NCBI GenBank assembly: GCA_030428705.1
Contig: JAUIDI010000011.1
Span: 26,574-90,573, forward strand
Direction of reading: 5' to 3'
Source: Bacteroidia bacterium
GTDB lineage: Bacteria > Bacteroidota > Bacteroidia > Flavobacteriales > Flavobacteriaceae
DNA length: 64,000 bases
The position numbers were made by a program, and so were the translations under genes. Below are positions 17,036 to 27,661 of the stretch, one piece after another (position 1 is the stretch's first letter; every line of letters begins with the position of its first letter). The notes under the pieces were generated by a model. It worked only from the letters and a program-made list of their open reading frames with translations. It did no database searches and was not told the DNA's origin.

Positions 17036-18400
17036 ATGGATGCAATCAACGATTTTCTTTCCTCCATGTTGACCTATACCGAATGGGCCATGCTCATTCT
17101 ATTGATCGGGGGAGGACTTTTTTTAACCTTTTATTCAAAGTTTTTGCCCTATCGCTACTTTGGTCATGCGATTGCCATCACCTCTGGAAAATATGATGAC
17201 AAAGCAGCGAAAGGAGATGTAAGCTCCTTACAGGCGCTTTCCGCAGCGGTGGCTGCTACTGTCGGCTTGGGCAATATTTCAGGAGTGGCCATTGCCATTT
17301 ATATGGGCGGTCCGGGCGTAATTTTCTGGATTTGGATGACGGCACTTTTAGGCATGGCTATCAAGTTCTATTCCTGTAGTTTGGCCATTATGTTCAGAGG
17401 GGAGGATTCCGAAGGAAGTTTACAAGGTGGCCCCATGTACTATATTACCAAAGGGATGGGGCAAAAGGCAAAGCCATTGGCCGTTTTCTTTTCGATTGCC
17501 GGACTTTTTGGGTTTCTTGGGGTATTTACGGCCAACCAGTTCACCCAAACCTTTATGAACGTAGTAAAGCCGAGCGAAACATTGTTTGTGATGGACGAGT
17601 TCAATTGGAAGTTGACGATCGGCATTGTTCTGGCCATCATTACATCGTTCGTCATTTTCGGGGGCTTGAAAAAGATTGCCAAAGTGGCCACGGCCATCGT
17701 GCCTTTTATGGTTCTGGTCTATTTTTTGGCCGTGGCCGTTGTGATGGTCATGAACGCATCGGAGATTTTGCCTTCGTTACAGTTGATTTTTACGGAAGCC
17801 TTCAATTTCAACACTGCGGTGACCGGTGGCTTTTGGGGGTTGGTCATTTTAGGTGTCCGTCGGGCGATGTTCTCCAACGAAGCAGGTTTGGGCAGTGCAC
17901 CTATGTACCACGGGCAATCAAAGAACGACGAACCCATACGGGAGGGTCTCGTGGCGATGCTGGGGCCATTTATTGATACGATAGTGGTCTGTACGCTCAC
18001 TGCCGTGGTCATCATTTTAAGTGGGGCCTATCTGGAAGCTGAAAGTAATGGTATCATTATGACCTTGATCGCCTTTGAGAAATCGTTGTTCGGGGTGGGA
18101 GACGTTCTTCTGATGGTCATTGTTGCGGCCTTTGCACTTTCCACCTTGTTTACATATTCGTACTATGGGGTCAAGAGCCTTTCTTTTCTGACCAATGCCA
18201 AGATTGGTCGTTACTATAACTGGTTTTTTGTGGCCATGATTGTTTTGGCCGCCATAGCCACGGTAGATTTGGTCATCAACCTAATCGATTTGGCGTATGC
18301 CCTAATGGTAATACCCAATATGATCGCGGTACTTTGGTTGGCCCCAAAGGTGAACAAGGCTGCCAAAACTTATTTTCAAAAAATTCGAAATTCTGACTGA
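17036..18400 (+). CDS. alanine/glycine:cation symporter (AGCS family)
   Basis: GDVSSLQALSAAVAATVGLGNISGVAIAIYMGGPGVIFWIWMTALLGMAIKF is the AGCS signature. About 11 TM segments. Confidence 0.9.
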   Translation: MDAINDFLSSMLTYTEWAMLILLIGGGLFLTFYSKFLPYRYFGHAIAITSGKYDDKAAKGDVSSLQALSAAVAATVGLGNISGVAIAIYMGGPGVIFWIWMTALLGMAIKFYSCSLAIMFRGEDSEGSLQGGPMYYITKGMGQKAKPLAVFFSIAGLFGFLGVFTANQFTQTFMNVVKPSETLFVMDEFNWKLTIGIVLAIITSFVIFGGLKKIAKVATAIVPFMVLVYFLAVAVVMVMNASEILPSLQLIFTEAFNFNTAVTGGFWGLVILGVRRAMFSNEAGLGSAPMYHGQSKNDEPIREGLVAMLGPFIDTIVVCTLTAVVIILSGAYLEAESNGIIMTLIAFEKSLFGVGDVLLMVIVAAFALSTLFTYSYYGVKSLSFLTNAKIGRYYNWFFVAMIVLAAIATVDLVINLIDLAYALMVIPNMIAVLWLAPKVNKAAKTYFQKIRNSD

Positions 18401-18433
18401 TTTTGTGATGACATTTTCTTTTTCCTCCGATAG

Positions 18434-19228
18434 ATGGGAAAAGAACAAGTCATGATTAAATTCAAATTTTTAGGAGCAGTTTTAATAATCGCCTTATTGT
18501 CAGGGTGTAGTAAGGATGATGGCACGGCAGATACGGCCAGTGCCTTGCAAAATGTTCAGGCACAATTTTGCAACAATTTTCAAGGCCCAGCAGCTGCCTA
18601 CTGGAACATGGCCAATGGCATTTTTTTGCCATTACCGGAATTACCCATAATTAAGAACCCTGGCGGAAGGGTTACTCATAATCTACAACCCTTATTAAGT
18701 TTGGAATACCCTCAAGGATATATCGGTTCTTTAATAACAGATTCGCAGACCGCTACTTTAGGCTTGGATATAAAAAGGAATGATAATGCTGTGTTTTTTA
18801 GATGGATTCCCAACTCTACTTTTTTCAATGTTTCTGATTTTGATCAAATTATAGCGGGGCAAATAAATACGATGTTTGCCAATTATGGCTTCAATGGCCA
18901 GTTTGAAGTTATATGTTCCCGAAACGAAAGTCAAAATTTTGAAAGCCTACTGGTTAACTTCAATGCACGTTTAATACGATTTGGCAATATTACGGGATTG
19001 GTCTGGGTGCGTTCGGTATTGGTGCCTGGTATTGGATCGGTCAATTCGGGAATTCAGATAGCTGCGGCTCCAACTGCAGAATTTGATGCCCGAACATTAG
19101 ATACATTTCTACCCTTTAATTTTCAGTTGTTGGTCAGACCTGATGGAGGAGGATTTGTCGATAATGACCAAGATGGTTCTCCCGCGCATTTAGACCCTGA
19201 TGATAATGATCCGAATGTGAGAGGTTAG
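18434..19228 (+). CDS. hypothetical lipoprotein with C-terminal Asp-rich (thrombospondin type-3-like) motif
   Basis: Lipobox ALLSGCSKDD (alternative start ATG 18452). C-terminal DNDQDGSPAHLDPDDNDPN resembles a calcium-binding repeat. Confidence 0.6.
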   Translation: MGKEQVMIKFKFLGAVLIIALLSGCSKDDGTADTASALQNVQAQFCNNFQGPAAAYWNMANGIFLPLPELPIIKNPGGRVTHNLQPLLSLEYPQGYIGSLITDSQTATLGLDIKRNDNAVFFRWIPNSTFFNVSDFDQIIAGQINTMFANYGFNGQFEVICSRNESQNFESLLVNFNARLIRFGNITGLVWVRSVLVPGIGSVNSGIQIAAAPTAEFDARTLDTFLPFNFQLLVRPDGGGFVDNDQDGSPAHLDPDDNDPNVRG

Positions 19229-19304
19229 CCATTGATAATCAAAAATCCCATACAATTCGGGGGAAGTATGGGAAAAGGGTCTCGATATTGTCGAGGCCCT
19301 TTAT

Positions 19305-22300
19305 TTATGCTTTCTTTTTAGTTCGTATGTAGAAGATGACCAAAGCGATGATAATAAGCATAGAAGCCAAAATTACGCCCCACCCAAAGTTCGAAGATGT
19401 TAGGGCTATTGGTTTCGTATCTCCCATCAGCACGAGTCCGGCCCAATATTGTGGATGAAGCGTTCTTCCCTGGGCAGTCGAAAGGTATTTTAGTTTTGCC
19501 TTTCTCAAAGCCAAATCTTTTGCAAGGCCGTTTTGTAGATAAGTATAGAAATAGTCTAAGATTTGGGTACTTGATTGCTCATCGATTTGCCAAAGGCTTG
19601 TCAAGATGCTCTCGCTGCCCGCATAATTAAAGGCATGTGCCAGTGATATCATACCCTCACCGGGTTGATAGGTAGGTTTTCCTGTTTCGCAGGCCGTCAA
19701 AATGGCAAGATCAGAGCTTAGGTCATGGTCATAGATTTCGTAGGTGTATAGATGATTGTCGTTGATATTAATACTGTCGGAGACATTTTTTGCAAAGACC
19801 AATCGCGAAAGCTCCGGACTAACATTATTGCTCTCGGCATGGGTGCCGATATGTATTATTTTATGTTCGTTTGCGGTCTTGATAAAAACTTGTTTAGAGG
19901 CATTTTGATTTAAAAAGGAAGTACCCTTGAATTTTTTTGAAAATAGCTCTGCAACCTCTGAACTAAAGGGTTGTGGTAACAATGTCAGGTAGGTCTTGTC
20001 GAACTTTAACGAATCGGTTATGGCCAATTGGTAATCTTCCTTCATTTCCGAACTAAACTCGGGAGCATATGCGATAAAGTCATTCTCAAATTCAAAGGGC
20101 TGTTGCTTCCTATCAAGGAGCAACAGGCTATAGTTATACGAGATATTGTATTTTGCCAATAGGCTTTTGGTCGCCAACTCATTAAAAGAATCGATTTTTT
20201 CGGGGGTCAGAAGTTCAAAACTGAGGTTAAAAAGCTGGGCATCAGGATAAATAATAACATTACTGTTTTCAATATGCCTTTCAATGGGTGCCCATACTTG
20301 CTCGTACAATTTTTTCAGCATTTGACCGGTCGTGCTATCAAATTCGTAACGGTTCAATGAGGAAATTTCATCTTTTTCCTTATCGAAATCGAGGGCCTTT
20401 AAATGCTGCTCGTTTTTGTCGATTACATAGGCATAAAGTTGGTTTTCAACGAAGAAATATCGAACAACGGTGGTTCCTACCGGAATATTTTCTTGTAACT
20501 TGTTTAAAGGCTGCAGAATGGTCGCATACCGCATTTGATAATAGTCCGGGTAAAAACGTTGAAGCGAGTCCAACAATTTTTCCCAAGTGCTCGAAGCCTT
20601 TAAAAAGGTATCGATATCATCGACCGATTTTCGCATTTTTGAGCGGATATCTTCTTCTTTGTCCCGTATATTTTTTGGCAGACCATAGAAGACCGAATTG
20701 TCCCTAATGCTCAATCTTGAGCGGATACGATTATATATCGATGATTCGTGCAGCCCGATCAGCTTGGTCAAGTAGGCTCCATCATTGGTTTTTTGGTACA
20801 GTTCAAGGTTGATTTTTTTGGCAAAATCAAAGGCTTCCGCATTTTCCGAGAGTAGGGCATTTACATTTTCCTTTGATTCGATGAGCGCCTTTCTTTTTTC
20901 CAAGACCGTAATCGCTTTGTCCAGAGCGGAATCCAAACCAATTAAAAATTCGACTTCTTTGGTTTCCTCCAAGTAGTATTTGGCCTGTGCGTTCAAGGTA
21001 ATTGCTTCGGCTTCAAATTTTTTGCTGGCCTTGTTCGGATGTCCTTTAGAGTTCCTCCGCAAAAACCCATCAGTTGCGTTCAAAGTAACGCTATGGTCGC
21101 CCAAAATATTGGAAACCCGTGCTTTTGTAATCTGCAAAGCATCAAGAAGCCTGGCAGATCGGGAAGTTTGCATCTGATGGTCATACGCATTTTCCAGTAG
21201 CGCATAGGCTTCCTTTTTCTTGCCCGATCGGGCGTAGCACATTGCCAGATTGATAATCGCAAAAAGGCCATCGCTGCTATACGATTCGTTTTGGGCCTCA
21301 TAGTGTAGCTTATTGCTAAGTTCATAGGCGTTTTGGGCCTTTTCAAAATCTTTTTTGCCATAAAAGGCGGCACCTAAAGTTGCATAATAATTGGCTCGCA
21401 ACAGAGGGCCGCCATTTTCCATAATATCCAAGGATTTTTTGGCTTCATCCAGGACTGAAATGGCACCATCAAAATCTTTCTTCGATATTTTGGTCTCTGC
21501 CAATAAAGTAATTGCGGAAAAATACTCCAATAGTTGTGGCTGAAACTCTGATTTTGCATGTCGATAGGCAATCAGAGCGATTTGATGTGCCTTGTCATAA
21601 TCCCCAAGTTGTTCGTATAGGGAAGCAAGGTTTCTATAGGCGAGGGAGAGGTTGCGTTGGGATCTGAACCTTAAAGGATGTTTCTCAGATACCTTTAAAA
21701 AATTCTTGTTCAGGGCGATACATTCTTCGGCCAATTTCATGGCCGTCGTAAAATCATTCTGACTTTGTTTCAACAGTACCAGATTTGCCTTGATGGCTGC
21801 CGGAAAATATAATCTGTTTTCCGTGTTGTCATCCATGGAATTTATTTTTTTAAGCGCACTTTGGTAGTAATAACTGGCGCTATCGGGTTTCGAAGTGAAA
21901 TACATAATGGCCCCCATGTAGTTCAAGATACGCGCCGAAATCTTAAAGTTTTTATTGGGATTGTCGCTCAGTATCCGGTGTCCTTGCTTGATATTTTCAA
22001 AAAAAGATTCGATGTTGCCCGATCGTAAATCGTATTCGCCTAAATAATAATAGCTATCGGCAAGTGCCTCAATATTTTTAGATTTGACCGCGTATGCTTT
22101 GGCCTGGTCGGCGACCTTTGAAGCTAAGGATAAGTTTCCTTTTTCATTATGCAATCTGGACAGGTCAAGATCGGAAAGGTGTAGCACATAGGGGTCGGAG
22201 GTCCCATTGGATATGTATTCTGCTAGCTCAAGGGTCTTCGGAAAGGACTGTTCCTCGTTCGTCGCCAATTCTATTTTTCCAGACCAATAAACCAGCTTGG

Positions 22301-22502
22301 CAAGCGCCTCGTATGAATGGTTGGATTTGTACACTTGAATTGATTCGGACAAAACGGAATCGGCTTTCGCATAGTCGCCTTCAAGAAAGAATCCCTCAAT
22401 TACCGTAATGTTTGATTTGGAAGCATCGTCTTGGGCATTTCCAGAAAGCAGTGCTAGAAAAGTAATTGCTAAAATCGTCTTTGTAAGTGCCCTTTGCTTC
22501 AT
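19305..22502 (-). CDS. TPR-repeat CHAT-domain (caspase-fold) protein with signal peptide and C-terminal TM anchor
   Basis: Signal peptide MKQRALTKTILAITFLALLSGNAQ. A long TPR-like helical region. CHAT dyad IHIGTHAE and LAILTACETG. C-terminal TM segment WGVILASMLIIIALVIFYI. Confidence 0.85.
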   Translation of the reverse strand: MKQRALTKTILAITFLALLSGNAQDDASKSNITVIEGFFLEGDYAKADSVLSESIQVYKSNHSYEALAKLVYWSGKIELATNEEQSFPKTLELAEYISNGTSDPYVLHLSDLDLSRLHNEKGNLSLASKVADQAKAYAVKSKNIEALADSYYYLGEYDLRSGNIESFFENIKQGHRILSDNPNKNFKISARILNYMGAIMYFTSKPDSASYYYQSALKKINSMDDNTENRLYFPAAIKANLVLLKQSQNDFTTAMKLAEECIALNKNFLKVSEKHPLRFRSQRNLSLAYRNLASLYEQLGDYDKAHQIALIAYRHAKSEFQPQLLEYFSAITLLAETKISKKDFDGAISVLDEAKKSLDIMENGGPLLRANYYATLGAAFYGKKDFEKAQNAYELSNKLHYEAQNESYSSDGLFAIINLAMCYARSGKKKEAYALLENAYDHQMQTSRSARLLDALQITKARVSNILGDHSVTLNATDGFLRRNSKGHPNKASKKFEAEAITLNAQAKYYLEETKEVEFLIGLDSALDKAITVLEKRKALIESKENVNALLSENAEAFDFAKKINLELYQKTNDGAYLTKLIGLHESSIYNRIRSRLSIRDNSVFYGLPKNIRDKEEDIRSKMRKSVDDIDTFLKASSTWEKLLDSLQRFYPDYYQMRYATILQPLNKLQENIPVGTTVVRYFFVENQLYAYVIDKNEQHLKALDFDKEKDEISSLNRYEFDSTTGQMLKKLYEQVWAPIERHIENSNVIIYPDAQLFNLSFELLTPEKIDSFNELATKSLLAKYNISYNYSLLLLDRKQQPFEFENDFIAYAPEFSSEMKEDYQLAITDSLKFDKTYLTLLPQPFSSEVAELFSKKFKGTSFLNQNASKQVFIKTANEHKIIHIGTHAESNNVSPELSRLVFAKNVSDSININDNHLYTYEIYDHDLSSDLAILTACETGKPTYQPGEGMISLAHAFNYAGSESILTSLWQIDEQSSTQILDYFYTYLQNGLAKDLALRKAKLKYLSTAQGRTLHPQYWAGLVLMGDTKPIALTSSNFGWGVILASMLIIIALVIFYIRTKKKA

Positions 22503-22510
22503 GAAAGGAA

Positions 22511-23254
22511 TTATTCGATTTCTGATAATATTTCGCTACTCATTTTGTTATTTCCCTTCTCCAATGCTTTTTTTGCCTCTGAAATTTCGTCGGTCTTTAA
22601 AAAGGCAAGTCCCAAATAAGTGTTGGCATCACTGAAAAAGATAGAATCTTCATCATTGCCAACGGGCCGAAGATAGTTTATGGCCTCTTGGCTGTTTCCG
22701 TTGACCAGATGTGAAACGCCCAAAAAATAATTCAGCGTATCGTTTTCAGGTTTTGTTTGAAGTAATTCTTCCCATTTTTCAATGGCAATACCATAATGGC
22801 CCTGTTTATAATCGACCATGGCCTCATAAAAAGCATAATCGTCATTGTTGCCCATTACTGTTGGCAGCCCGGGGTCAGGGGTAAAGTACGTATCGTAAAG
22901 TTTCTCGTTGGGGCTTTGCCGAGTGAAGAACCAAAGGCTTCCCACCGCTAACAAAATGGCAATAGAAGCCACCATACGGTAGTTGAATCTGGGTTTGCGG
23001 AAGTCCAGTTTTCTGACAGGATTGTTTTCTTTTCGTTCGTCGAACTTGTGAAAATCTTCAAGTTTGTCGCGAAGTCCTGCTTCTTCGACAGTTTCAAAAA
23101 GCAGTTTAAACTCTTCGAACGATTTTTGAAGGTTTCCGTTTTTGGCCAGATCGGTCTCAAATGCCTTTTTTTCCTCAAAAGGCAGTTCGTCCATCAAGTA
23201 CCTTTCAAAAAGCTCTTGTTGTTCTTGTGATATGTATTTGGGGCTATTGTCCAT
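22511..23254 (-). CDS. single-pass TPR protein in the anti-sigma position (putative anti-sigma factor)
   Basis: Overlaps the sigma gene by 11 nt. The N-terminal ~90 aa are cytoplasmic, followed by TM MVASIAILLAVGSLWFF and a C-terminal TPR region. No HxxxCxxC zinc motif. Confidence 0.55.
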   Translation of the reverse strand: MDNSPKYISQEQQELFERYLMDELPFEEKKAFETDLAKNGNLQKSFEEFKLLFETVEEAGLRDKLEDFHKFDERKENNPVRKLDFRKPRFNYRMVASIAILLAVGSLWFFTRQSPNEKLYDTYFTPDPGLPTVMGNNDDYAFYEAMVDYKQGHYGIAIEKWEELLQTKPENDTLNYFLGVSHLVNGNSQEAINYLRPVGNDEDSIFFSDANTYLGLAFLKTDEISEAKKALEKGNNKMSSEILSEIE

Positions 23255-23819
23255 TGTTCTGTAATTCGAGCGATAACTTTCGCAATTTTTCCATGCAACG
23301 GTATTTCTGATTTCTGGCCGAAGCTGAAGCCAAATTCATTTCCTCGGCGATTTCGTTCATCGATTTCCGTTCAAAATAGAACTTGTTCAACAGGTTTTTG
23401 CAATTATGTCCCAGTTGCTGTAATGCCAGATTCATAGTGTTTCTATGTTTCTCTTGCAGGTCTTCGTTGATTTCCGGATCATCATCGGCCTTTGCAATGT
23501 TTGTAATGTCATTGTTCAAAACCATTTTTTTTCGATTTGAGGAACGCAAATAATCGGTCCATTTGTTTTTTGCTATCGTGAACAAATAGGCTTCCACGTT
23601 TCCGTCTTCGGATAATTTATCGGCTTTTATGTTTCTCCAACAGGCAATAAACGCTTCTTGAAAGATATCTTTTGCCTGTGCTTCATTGCCGCTGTTTTTT
23701 AAAATGTAGGCCTTGACCTTAGGGAAAACACTTTGGTATACCCGTTTAAGAACCGTATCATCGTTCTTTCTGAACCCATCTATGACCGCATTGAGGCCTT
23801 TTTTTTGTATATCCTCCAT
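23244..23819 (-). CDS. RNA polymerase ECF-type sigma-70 factor
   Basis: Region 2 (VFPKVKAYILKNSGNEAQAKDIFQEAFIACW..YLFTIAKNKWTDYLR) and region 4 (SMNEIAEEMNLASASARNQKYRCMEKLR). Confidence 0.85.
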   Translation of the reverse strand: MEDIQKKGLNAVIDGFRKNDDTVLKRVYQSVFPKVKAYILKNSGNEAQAKDIFQEAFIACWRNIKADKLSEDGNVEAYLFTIAKNKWTDYLRSSNRKKMVLNNDITNIAKADDDPEINEDLQEKHRNTMNLALQQLGHNCKNLLNKFYFERKSMNEIAEEMNLASASARNQKYRCMEKLRKLSLELQNNGQ

Positions 23820-23966
23820 ACTTTTTTGAAAGCATGGGGAAATTACAGATTTTCAGCTTTTTACAAAATATCTTAAGGCCAAAGACCGTATTTTATAGAT
23901 AGGCTGCTACTGGCTTATTGCTTTTTTTATGATGCTACCTATCTAATGATTTCATTTTCGGATATT

Positions 23967-25142
23967 TCAATAATCTTCCCAGACCTTGCTCCAATCGGTA
24001 TTGTTCAGATTGGGATCGGCATTGGGGTCAAAGAACAGGTCGTTGCTGTTAATATAATTTCCATCGTTGTCCATCCAGGTTTCCTTGGCGCCGGAATCAA
24101 TTTGATACGTGTTTCCATCGCCAGGGTTGTAAACGGTTTCCTCACCATGTATCATATTGACGAAGTTGTTCTGCGAGGCATCACTGCCGGCACCGAAGTT
24201 GCGATTCATAAAAGAGGCATGGCTGGCATCTTGGGCCGCCCAAATACCTTGCATTTTTTGCTGGTGGGCATTGAAACTTGCTTGCCGCTGTGCCATTCTT
24301 TGTTGATGGGCCAAGGCCGACTGGCGCATACGGGCATTCGATGCTTCGGCTTGTCGTCTGCTCTCTTCTTGTCGCTTGGCCGTAAGGTTGGTCATATAAT
24401 TGTCCCATTCGGGGGTTGGCTCACTTTCTAAACTTGCCGTTACAAAATCGGCAATGTTGGTATCGAAATCATTTTCCGTGGAGATGAGCACATCCGTTGA
24501 GTACATCCATACTATCATGGTCTGGCCGTCTGCGGAAGGCTGTGACATTTGGGCATGATTGAGAATCACCAATGCCTTTTGTCCGTTATTGTTCCTCCAA
24601 ACAGTACCGCTCACGCTGATGTCAATCGGCGATGTCGTATTCTTGCGCGCTTCTTTGAATGCTTTTTGTGTGAGTTCGGGAAACGCTCTTTGGCTTTCAA
24701 AAGAAAACCCTTTTCCCTGTAGTTTCGGGGCTATTTCCGATTGTACCAATTGCTGCGGGGTCTTGAGGCTTTTGACATTTTTCATGCCATACTGGCGCAT
24801 CATTTGCTCGTACTGTGGATTCGTAGCGGCATAATGCATTTTTAAAGGAGTATTGAAGGCTTGCATACCATCCGCATCTTTGATTTGGTAGCGAAAGGCC
24901 GGAATAATGGGGTCGATTTCGTATTCCGCCTTGGTAACGATCTGCCAATCAGCGGGATATTTTGCCGTAGATACCAAGAGGCCGGATTTTGGATCCTTGA
25001 ACTCATAGGTTTTCTCCGATTTTCCGAAAAAGGAGAATGAACCATTTTTTGAATCGTTGTCGGCGGTATTCCGGTTGTCAGTGCCACAGGCTTTTAAGAT
25101 GATGGCCGCTACAATGAAAAGGGCTAATTTGAACGTTTTCAT
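23967..25142 (-). CDS. hypothetical lipoprotein with Q/R-rich central segment
   Basis: Lipobox AAIILKACGTDN; 391 aa; no family recognised. Upstream of and co-directional with the sigma gene. Confidence 0.6.
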   Translation of the reverse strand: MKTFKLALFIVAAIILKACGTDNRNTADNDSKNGSFSFFGKSEKTYEFKDPKSGLLVSTAKYPADWQIVTKAEYEIDPIIPAFRYQIKDADGMQAFNTPLKMHYAATNPQYEQMMRQYGMKNVKSLKTPQQLVQSEIAPKLQGKGFSFESQRAFPELTQKAFKEARKNTTSPIDISVSGTVWRNNNGQKALVILNHAQMSQPSADGQTMIVWMYSTDVLISTENDFDTNIADFVTASLESEPTPEWDNYMTNLTAKRQEESRRQAEASNARMRQSALAHQQRMAQRQASFNAHQQKMQGIWAAQDASHASFMNRNFGAGSDASQNNFVNMIHGEETVYNPGDGNTYQIDSGAKETWMDNDGNYINSNDLFFDPNADPNLNNTDWSKVWEDY

Positions 25143-25261
25143 GGGTTTTCTTTTAAGGTTTATATTGGTATATCGCAGAAAAGAAAAAATGTCATCATGA
25201 AAATTTTTTTGATGACAATCTTGAACAGTATCGATAAGTATAAAACAGCAAACTATACATT

Positions 25262-26686
25262 ATGAAAACTACCCGATTATTTTTACTAGCGTTTCTGTCC
25301 ATCCTGTTGGTACATTGTAGCAAAGACAGTTCAGATGGCCCTCAAGTTCCTGTTGACCAAACTGATGATGACCCTGTGGTTCAGTTGTCATCGGCCAAGG
25401 AATTAATTTCATTTTCTATCCGAAAGTCGGATAATCCGGAATTAAAAATCGATGCCGATGTTCAACAATCGGGAACCTCGTTAAAGGTCTTTTTTCCTTT
25501 CGAAACCGACATTTCCGATATGGTCGTTTCGTTTCAAGTTTCGGAAAAAGCATCGTTGAGCATCAATGGTTCTCAAATGACCAGTGGCAGTTCGAAAGTT
25601 GATTTCACATCTTCTTTGGCGGTTACGGTGGAGGCTGAAGATGGTTCTACGAAAGACTTCACAATTACCTCCGAATCTAATTTTGAAACCTTGGATACCG
25701 CAATTCAACAATTGATGTCCGATAATAATGCGCCGAGTATGCAGTTGGCCATCACCAAAGGGGAAAGATTGGTATATCAGGCACAATATGGTTTTGCAGA
25801 TATAAATAATACGGAGGCCGTAAGCGTGAATTCAGTATATCGTCTGGCCAGTGTTTCCAAAGTCGTAACGGCTATCGCCATTTTAAAAATGAAGGATGAT
25901 GGACTTTTGGATTTTAATGATACTGTTTTTGGGATAAATGGAATATTGGAAACTGATTTTGGATCGACTCCCTATGGCGACAATATTGAGAATATAACGA
26001 TTCGTCATCTTTTGGACCATACCTCCGGCTTTGCCAATAATCCGACCGATCCAATGTTTCAGAATTTAGATTGGACGCATCAACAGATAATCGATGATGT
26101 TCTGAATAATCGACAATTGGCAACCGTACCTGGCAGCACCTACTCGTACTCGAATTTCGGTTATATCGTTTTGGGAAGAGTCGTTGAGAAACTTTCGGGA
26201 ATGTCGTACGAAGATTATGTCAAACAAAACGTCCTGCAACCTTTGGGCATTACAAACATGAACGTGGCAAGAAATGGTATTGATGAAAAATGGCCCAATG
26301 AGGTGGAATATTTTTCCCAGGGAGATAATTTAGGCCCTTACCAGTATAATGCGGCACGTTGTGAGGCAATGGGCGGTTGGACTGCCAGTGCAACTGATTT
26401 ATCAAGATTTCTGGTCGGTATAGACAGACGTGGCGAGGTCGCAGATATTATATCAACAAGTTCCATGCAGGGTATGTACTTTGAATTTTTGGAATGGGCC
26501 TTTTGGGGTTCCTTACCCGCTACATCGGCAGTAATTTCAAGATTGGACGACGAGTTTAATTTTTCTGTCGTGACAAATACAAGGGTTATACCGATTACCT
26601 TGAACGAAAAGATGCAGAATACCTTAAAAGCCGAAATTCAGGCTAGAAGCTCTTGGCCCGAATATGATTTGTTCGATACAGAATGA
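25262..26686 (+). CDS. serine hydrolase (beta-lactamase/transpeptidase-like) lipoprotein with N-terminal extra domain
   Basis: Lipobox ILLVHCSKD, SxxK (ASVSK), YxN (YSNFGY); 474 aa. Confidence 0.85.
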   Translation: MKTTRLFLLAFLSILLVHCSKDSSDGPQVPVDQTDDDPVVQLSSAKELISFSIRKSDNPELKIDADVQQSGTSLKVFFPFETDISDMVVSFQVSEKASLSINGSQMTSGSSKVDFTSSLAVTVEAEDGSTKDFTITSESNFETLDTAIQQLMSDNNAPSMQLAITKGERLVYQAQYGFADINNTEAVSVNSVYRLASVSKVVTAIAILKMKDDGLLDFNDTVFGINGILETDFGSTPYGDNIENITIRHLLDHTSGFANNPTDPMFQNLDWTHQQIIDDVLNNRQLATVPGSTYSYSNFGYIVLGRVVEKLSGMSYEDYVKQNVLQPLGITNMNVARNGIDEKWPNEVEYFSQGDNLGPYQYNAARCEAMGGWTASATDLSRFLVGIDRRGEVADIISTSSMQGMYFEFLEWAFWGSLPATSAVISRLDDEFNFSVVTNTRVIPITLNEKMQNTLKAEIQARSSWPEYDLFDTE

Positions 26687-26726
26687 TTGTTGTTGTATCG
26701 GGAGAATGTCAAAGTCAATTCTTAAA

Positions 26727-26752
26727 GGGCTGGATCAACCAGCTCTTTTTTT
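26727..26752 (+). terminator. intrinsic terminator after the serine hydrolase gene
   Basis: GGGCTGG-atcaa-CCAGCTC (one G-U pair) followed by TTTTTTT. Confidence 0.6.
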
Positions 26753-26770
26753 GTTTTGTAGTTTTGCAAT

Positions 26771-27661
26771 ATGGAAAAACCGCATAGATCAGGCTTCGTA
26801 AATATCATCGGCAACCCGAATGTGGGGAAATCCACCTTGATGAATGCTTTTGTAGGGGAAAAATTATCGATCATCACGTCAAAGGCCCAGACCACCAGGC
26901 ACCGTATTCTAGGTATCGTAAACGGGGATGATTTTCAAATGATTCTTTCGGACACTCCGGGAATCATAAAACCTGCCTACGAGCTACAGTCTTCGATGAT
27001 GGATTTTGTGAAATCGGCCTTCGAAGACGCCGATGTACTCTTATACATGGTAGAGATAGGAGAGAAAGCCTTAAAAGATGAAAAGTTTTTTGAGAAAATA
27101 AAAAATAGCAAGATTCCTGTTCTGCTATTGCTCAACAAAGTGGACACTGCGACTCAAGAATTGCTCGAAGCGCAGGTACAGTATTGGCAAAAACAACTTC
27201 CCAAGGTTGAATTGCATCCCATTTCCGCCTTGACCAATTTTAATATAAAGAACGTTTTTGAAAGGATAATCGAATTACTTCCGGAAGCCCCGGCCTATTA
27301 CCCAAAAGATCAGTTGACCGACAAGCCCGAACGTTTCTTTGTCAACGAGATTATCCGCGAGAAAATATTGATGTATTACAAAAAGGAAATTCCATATTCG
27401 GTAGAAATCGAGACCGAGGAATTTTTTGAGGATGATGACATCATTCGAATGCGATCGGTAATTATGGTCGAGCGCGATTCGCAAAAAGGCATCATCATTG
27501 GCCACAAGGGAAGTGCCTTGAAACGGGTTGGGGTAGAGGCAAGAAAGGATCTTGAAAAATTCTTCGGAAAACAAGTGCATATCGAACTCTACGTAAAGGT
27601 GAACAAAAATTGGCGTAGCGATTCGCGCCAATTGAAACGTTTTGGTTACAATCAAAAATAA
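26771..27661 (+). CDS. era: GTPase Era
   Basis: GNPNVGKSTLMN (G1), DTPG (G3), NKVD (G4), and a C-terminal KH domain (IMVERDSQKGIIIGHKGSALKRVG). Confidence 0.95.
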   Translation: MEKPHRSGFVNIIGNPNVGKSTLMNAFVGEKLSIITSKAQTTRHRILGIVNGDDFQMILSDTPGIIKPAYELQSSMMDFVKSAFEDADVLLYMVEIGEKALKDEKFFEKIKNSKIPVLLLLNKVDTATQELLEAQVQYWQKQLPKVELHPISALTNFNIKNVFERIIELLPEAPAYYPKDQLTDKPERFFVNEIIREKILMYYKKEIPYSVEIETEEFFEDDDIIRMRSVIMVERDSQKGIIIGHKGSALKRVGVEARKDLEKFFGKQVHIELYVKVNKNWRSDSRQLKRFGYNQK

